From contig NW_003314293.1 of assembly GCF_000143415.4 (NCBI RefSeq), positions 713,763 through 777,762 of the forward strand: a stretch of DNA of 64,000 nt. The letters run 5' to 3'. The translations under genes were made by a program, and so were the position numbers. This stretch comes from Selaginella moellendorffii (lineage: Eukaryota; Plantae; Lycopodiophyta). This document shows, piece after piece, positions 60,521-64,000 of the stretch (its first letter is position 1; every line of letters begins with the position of its first letter). A model generated the notes under the pieces. That model was not told where the DNA came from. It did not search any database and saw only the letters and a program-made list of their open reading frames with translations.

Positions 60521-62218
60521 ATGGATCAAACAGAATGCCTTCGTCTAATCAATTCTTGTGGCAATCTTTCACGAGTTCGTGAAGTTCACTCGATCTTGAA
60601 ACGCTCCCATGGAAACGCTCTTTTTGGAGATTCTTTTGTTTGTAACAAGCTCATCGAGATATATGGCAAGTGTGGGAGCCCTGGCGATGCCAAGTCCGTG
60701 TTTGACGAGATGGGCTTCTCGAATTCCATCTCCTGGGGCGTGCTTCTCCTGGCATACACTCGAAATGGCCTCCTGCGCGATGCCAAACTCCTCTTCGACT
60801 CCATGCCTCGCAAGAACATCGTCTGCGCCACGACGATCCTCACTGCGTTTGCGCAATCTGGAGACGTTGCCAGAGCCAAGGAGGCCTTTGATTCCATGCC
60901 TTTGCACAATTTGGTGGCTTGGAATGCGATTCTAAGTGCCTTTGCCAGACATAGGCATTTGGAAATCGCGAAGGCGGTGTTTGATTCTATGCCGGAGCAC
61001 GATCTCATATCGTGGACTACACTACTCACAGCTTATACACAAGATTCCTTTCTTCTTCACGCAGTGAAAACGTTTGAAACAATGCCAGAACGAGATATAG
61101 TTTCGTGGACGGCAATGTTAACTGCATATGCCATATCCGGGCATCTTGAATCTGCGCATGATACTTTTCAAAACATGCCGGAGCGGAATCTCGTCTCGTG
61201 GAACGCCATGTTGGCGGCATATTCGCAAAGCGGGAATCTTAAAGAAGCTAGGAATCTTTTTAGGGATGTCCCCGAGACGGATCTTGTGACCTGGAATCTC
61301 TTGCTCACTCTAGATGCTCAAAGCGGGAATCTGTCAGTGGTAAAAGAAACTTTTGACGTGAAAATGCCCCAGCACAATCTGGTCTCCTGGAACGTAATAC
61401 TGTCGTCATACTGTCAAGCTACGCGTATCGAAGACGCCAAATGTATTTTTGATTCTATACCATCACTCAACCTCATTTCTTGGAACACAATGTTGGCAGC
61501 ATATACTAGAGCAGGGCATCTTGATGATGCTAAGTTCTTGTTTGAGAGAATGCCGCAGAAAGACATTCTATCCTGGACATCTATTCTGACTTCTGTTTCT
61601 CAAGAAGGTGATTTAGAATGCTTTGAGTCTGTTTTCTATCGCATGCCAGCCAGAGATTCCTTCGCCTGGGCCACCATGGTTATGGCGTACACCCAAAACG
61701 GGCATCTTCGCAAAGCAAAATCTTGCTTTGATCGAATTCCAGAGTGGGATATCATCTCCTGGACTTCTGTTCTTGCGAGTTTTACTCACAAAAGAAACCC
61801 CGCAGAGTCTCTACACCTCTTTGGATCGATGGAGATGCTGGATCCTCCAGACCAAGCTTGCTTCACGTCAGTTTTGATCTCTTGCAGCCACGGAGGCAAG
61901 GTTGAGTCGGGAAGATCCTGTTTCCTTTCCATGAGAATGAACTATGGGATCCAACCCACAAGGCAGCATTTTTGCTGCATGGTGGATCTTCTAGCCAGAG
62001 CTGGGCATCTGGTGGAAGCCCAAGAACTCATCACAAACATGCCCTTTGTTCCTGATGCTTTCGACTGGACTTGCTTGCTCTCGAGCTGTAGAAGCTACAG
62101 AGACTTTGATCAAGGTGGCGAGGCTGCGAAACAAGCGATCTCCATGTTTCCAACCGGAGAAGCTGCATATGTTCTGCTGGCAGCGAATAATACCATTCAA
62201 GCTCTTCATCCCGGATGA
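60521..62218 (+). CDS. PLS-class PPR protein rich in 31-aa S/SS repeats with partial E domain
   Basis: 565-aa ORF of tandem 'FDSMPExDLVSWNAMLxAYxQxGHL' repeats; E domain 'MPFVPDAFDWTCLLSSCR'. Confidence 0.93.
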   Translation: MDQTECLRLINSCGNLSRVREVHSILKRSHGNALFGDSFVCNKLIEIYGKCGSPGDAKSVFDEMGFSNSISWGVLLLAYTRNGLLRDAKLLFDSMPRKNIVCATTILTAFAQSGDVARAKEAFDSMPLHNLVAWNAILSAFARHRHLEIAKAVFDSMPEHDLISWTTLLTAYTQDSFLLHAVKTFETMPERDIVSWTAMLTAYAISGHLESAHDTFQNMPERNLVSWNAMLAAYSQSGNLKEARNLFRDVPETDLVTWNLLLTLDAQSGNLSVVKETFDVKMPQHNLVSWNVILSSYCQATRIEDAKCIFDSIPSLNLISWNTMLAAYTRAGHLDDAKFLFERMPQKDILSWTSILTSVSQEGDLECFESVFYRMPARDSFAWATMVMAYTQNGHLRKAKSCFDRIPEWDIISWTSVLASFTHKRNPAESLHLFGSMEMLDPPDQACFTSVLISCSHGGKVESGRSCFLSMRMNYGIQPTRQHFCCMVDLLARAGHLVEAQELITNMPFVPDAFDWTCLLSSCRSYRDFDQGGEAAKQAISMFPTGEAAYVLLAANNTIQALHPG

Positions 62219-62244
62219 ATCACTTTGGCAAGAGTGTGAAATTT

Positions 62245-64000
62245 CTACCAGTACTCACCACAGGAGCAAGTTCCATCCCTGTAAACATGGAGCCTGCTTG
62301 CGTCCCGGCAGACGATGCTCCGCCCCTCCACCCTCGAGATAAACCCAAGAACTTCATGACACTCGTCGCAAACTCTCAGATTCTTACTGATCCGGATCGT
62401 CGTGCCAGGAGCCGTGTTGACGAGCGCGCAAGCCACAGCGATCCTCTCGCAGTGCCCGCACAGCGACGCCATCTTCTCGCCACCGCCACCCTCGAAACCC
62501 CGAAGAACATCCCGCAACTTCGCCGCGATCTCCAGACTTTGGGGATGGTTCTCGAGATCCCCGGCCATGAAGCAGTGAACTATACCAGATCTGTCGCTCC
62601 ACCAGCATCGCCCAGCTTGTTTCCAGTCGCCGCAATCCCTCCGGAGCCACTCCACTCGAAGCTGCTCGCTCCACATCCCTGTGCCCGCGTACAAGCTCGA
62701 CATCAAGAGATAGACCGCCGTGTCTCGCCGATCCAACCGAATCAAGCTCTCAAACGCGATCCTTCCCACGGCCACATTTTTCCACTTCTTACACGCCGCC
62801 AGGAGCGTCCTCCAAGTCACCGTGCTTGGCTCGAAAGGCATGGCTTGGATCAAAGCGAGAGCGTCGTCCAGCCGGTTTGCTCTGCCGCGGATATCAACCA
62901 TGCAGTGGTAGTGCTCGATGCTTGGAGTGACCGCAAACTTGGAGCTCATCGATCCAAACCAAGCCTCGCCAGTCTCCACTAAACCAGCGTGGCTGCAAGC
63001 GCTGAGTATGCACAGCAGCGTGATCCCGTCAACTTCCAACCCCTCGTCCACCATTCCATGGAAGAGATCAAACACTCCTTTGGTATCGCCCTGGCGGCCA
63101 TAGCCAAAGAGAAGCGCCGTCCAAGTTACCGAGTCTCGGGACGAGAGTGACTCAAAGATCCGGTGTGATTCATCCATGCTTCCACAGCGAGAGTGGAAAT
63201 CAAGCACGCAGCTCGCGAGCCCTGCCTCGTTTTCCAAACCAGTCCGGCAAACTTCCGCGTATATCTTCTTCCCCGCGTCGAGAGCTACGAGGATCTCGCA
63301 AGCTTTGAGCCCCGCGGCGAAAGTTCTTGCGTCTGGAGCGTATCCTTCGAGCTTCATGCGCGAGAAGAGCTCAAGGGCGGCATCGCCATGGCCGTTCTCG
63401 GCGTAGCCGAGGATGAGAGCGTTCCATGAGACCAAACTTCTCGAAGCCATCCTCTCGAAGACACCCCGAGCATCGATCACGCTCCCACACTTGCAGTACA
63501 TATCCACCACCGTGTTGGAGACGAAGGTGGTCATCTCCCTGCCGAGGATCATCTCGGCCTTGCGGTGGACCTCTCTTCCTCTATCGAGGCTCAAAACTTT
63601 CACGACTCTCCCGTCGATCTGCTCGCCGGTTTCCTTCTCGGCCAGATTCGTGCAAGCCTTGAGCGCCGCCAGGAAAGTTCTAGCGTTTGAAACGCAGCCT
63701 CTTTGTTCCAATCCTTTCAGCAAATCCATAGCCGCGACTTCTTCTCCATTTTCGGCAAGCACCAGCATCAAAGCGTTGCAAGAGACCAGATCGTGCTGAG
63801 GCATGCTCGCGAAAACTCTCCGAGCGTCGCCCAAGCTCCCACACTTGGAGTAGAAGGTGACGAGAGCGCTCGCCAAGAACAAGCTCGAGCATCCATCCTT
63901 CACAGCCCCGTCATGGACCTCCATCCCCTTCTCCAGAGCTCTAACTTTCACGATCCTTCCATCGGCCAGCTTCTTCCCAGGCTCTCTAGCAGCCAGGCTC
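62245..64000 (-). CDS. PLS-PPR-E-DYW RNA editing factor, 5' end outside window
   Basis: PLS repeats, E domain, PG-box-like 'KQAGRCWW', deaminase 'GHCERIA...KNLRVCDECH', end 'HVYRDGTCSCGEYW*'. Confidence 0.93.
   Translation of the reverse strand, partial: SLAAREPGKKLADGRIVKVRALEKGMEVHDGAVKDGCSSLFLASALVTFYSKCGSLGDARRVFASMPQHDLVSCNALMLVLAENGEEVAAMDLLKGLEQRGCVSNARTFLAALKACTNLAEKETGEQIDGRVVKVLSLDRGREVHRKAEMILGREMTTFVSNTVVDMYCKCGSVIDARGVFERMASRSLVSWNALILGYAENGHGDAALELFSRMKLEGYAPDARTFAAGLKACEILVALDAGKKIYAEVCRTGLENEAGLASCVLDFHSRCGSMDESHRIFESLSSRDSVTWTALLFGYGRQGDTKGVFDLFHGMVDEGLEVDGITLLCILSACSHAGLVETGEAWFGSMSSKFAVTPSIEHYHCMVDIRGRANRLDDALALIQAMPFEPSTVTWRTLLAACKKWKNVAVGRIAFESLIRLDRRDTAVYLLMSSLYAGTGMWSEQLRVEWLRRDCGDWKQAGRCWWSDRSGIVHCFMAGDLENHPQSLEIAAKLRDVLRGFEGGGGEKMASLCGHCERIAVACALVNTAPGTTIRISKNLRVCDECHEVLGFISRVEGRSIVCRDASRLHVYRDGTCSCGEYW

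Noticed and set aside
62215-62982. 255-aa plus-strand ORF and similar antisense ORFs (39063-39929, 1756-2337, 36545-37171)
   Set aside because: Shadow ORFs of GC-rich genes on the opposite strand, with no recognisable domains.

Overview
This is a compact, intron-rich plant genomic window. Introns of about 50-80 bp, tiny intergenic gaps, PLS-PPR genes with an 'ALEKGMxxH' insert and the F-box style all point to a lycophyte, most likely Selaginella (inferred, not verified). Ordinary genes in order: 3' part of organellar EF-P, F-box, WCRKC thioredoxin, PLS-PPR, SERK, RLCK-V kinase, DUF616/MUCI70-like glycosyltransferase (plus a pseudogene copy), divergent ABCE/RLI, class I TCP, tRNA-Pro(AGG), alpha-carbonic anhydrase (plus two pseudogene copies), MAK/MHK-like kinase, and two convergent PPRs, one DYW-type. 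The standout is three 4-exon genes (6489-7457, 8468-9439, 13924-14892, minus strand) that the ORF track splits into pieces. Spliced by hand, each encodes signal peptide + ~31-aa four-Cys peptide + G|CFPG Hedgehog-type Hint domain + sterol-recognition-like region + hydrophobic tail. This looks like a Hedgehog-style autoprocessing precursor that releases a small, possibly lipidated Cys-rich peptide, and copy differences concentrate in that peptide. The genes sit in a ~7.4-kb tandem duplication with degenerate Gypsy sequence and a nested RT-less LTR element (5-bp TSD, empty site visible). A 3.6-kb inversion (44241-47860) splits a Gypsy integrase inside a triplicated carbonic anhydrase unit. All alignments and counts were done by eye.
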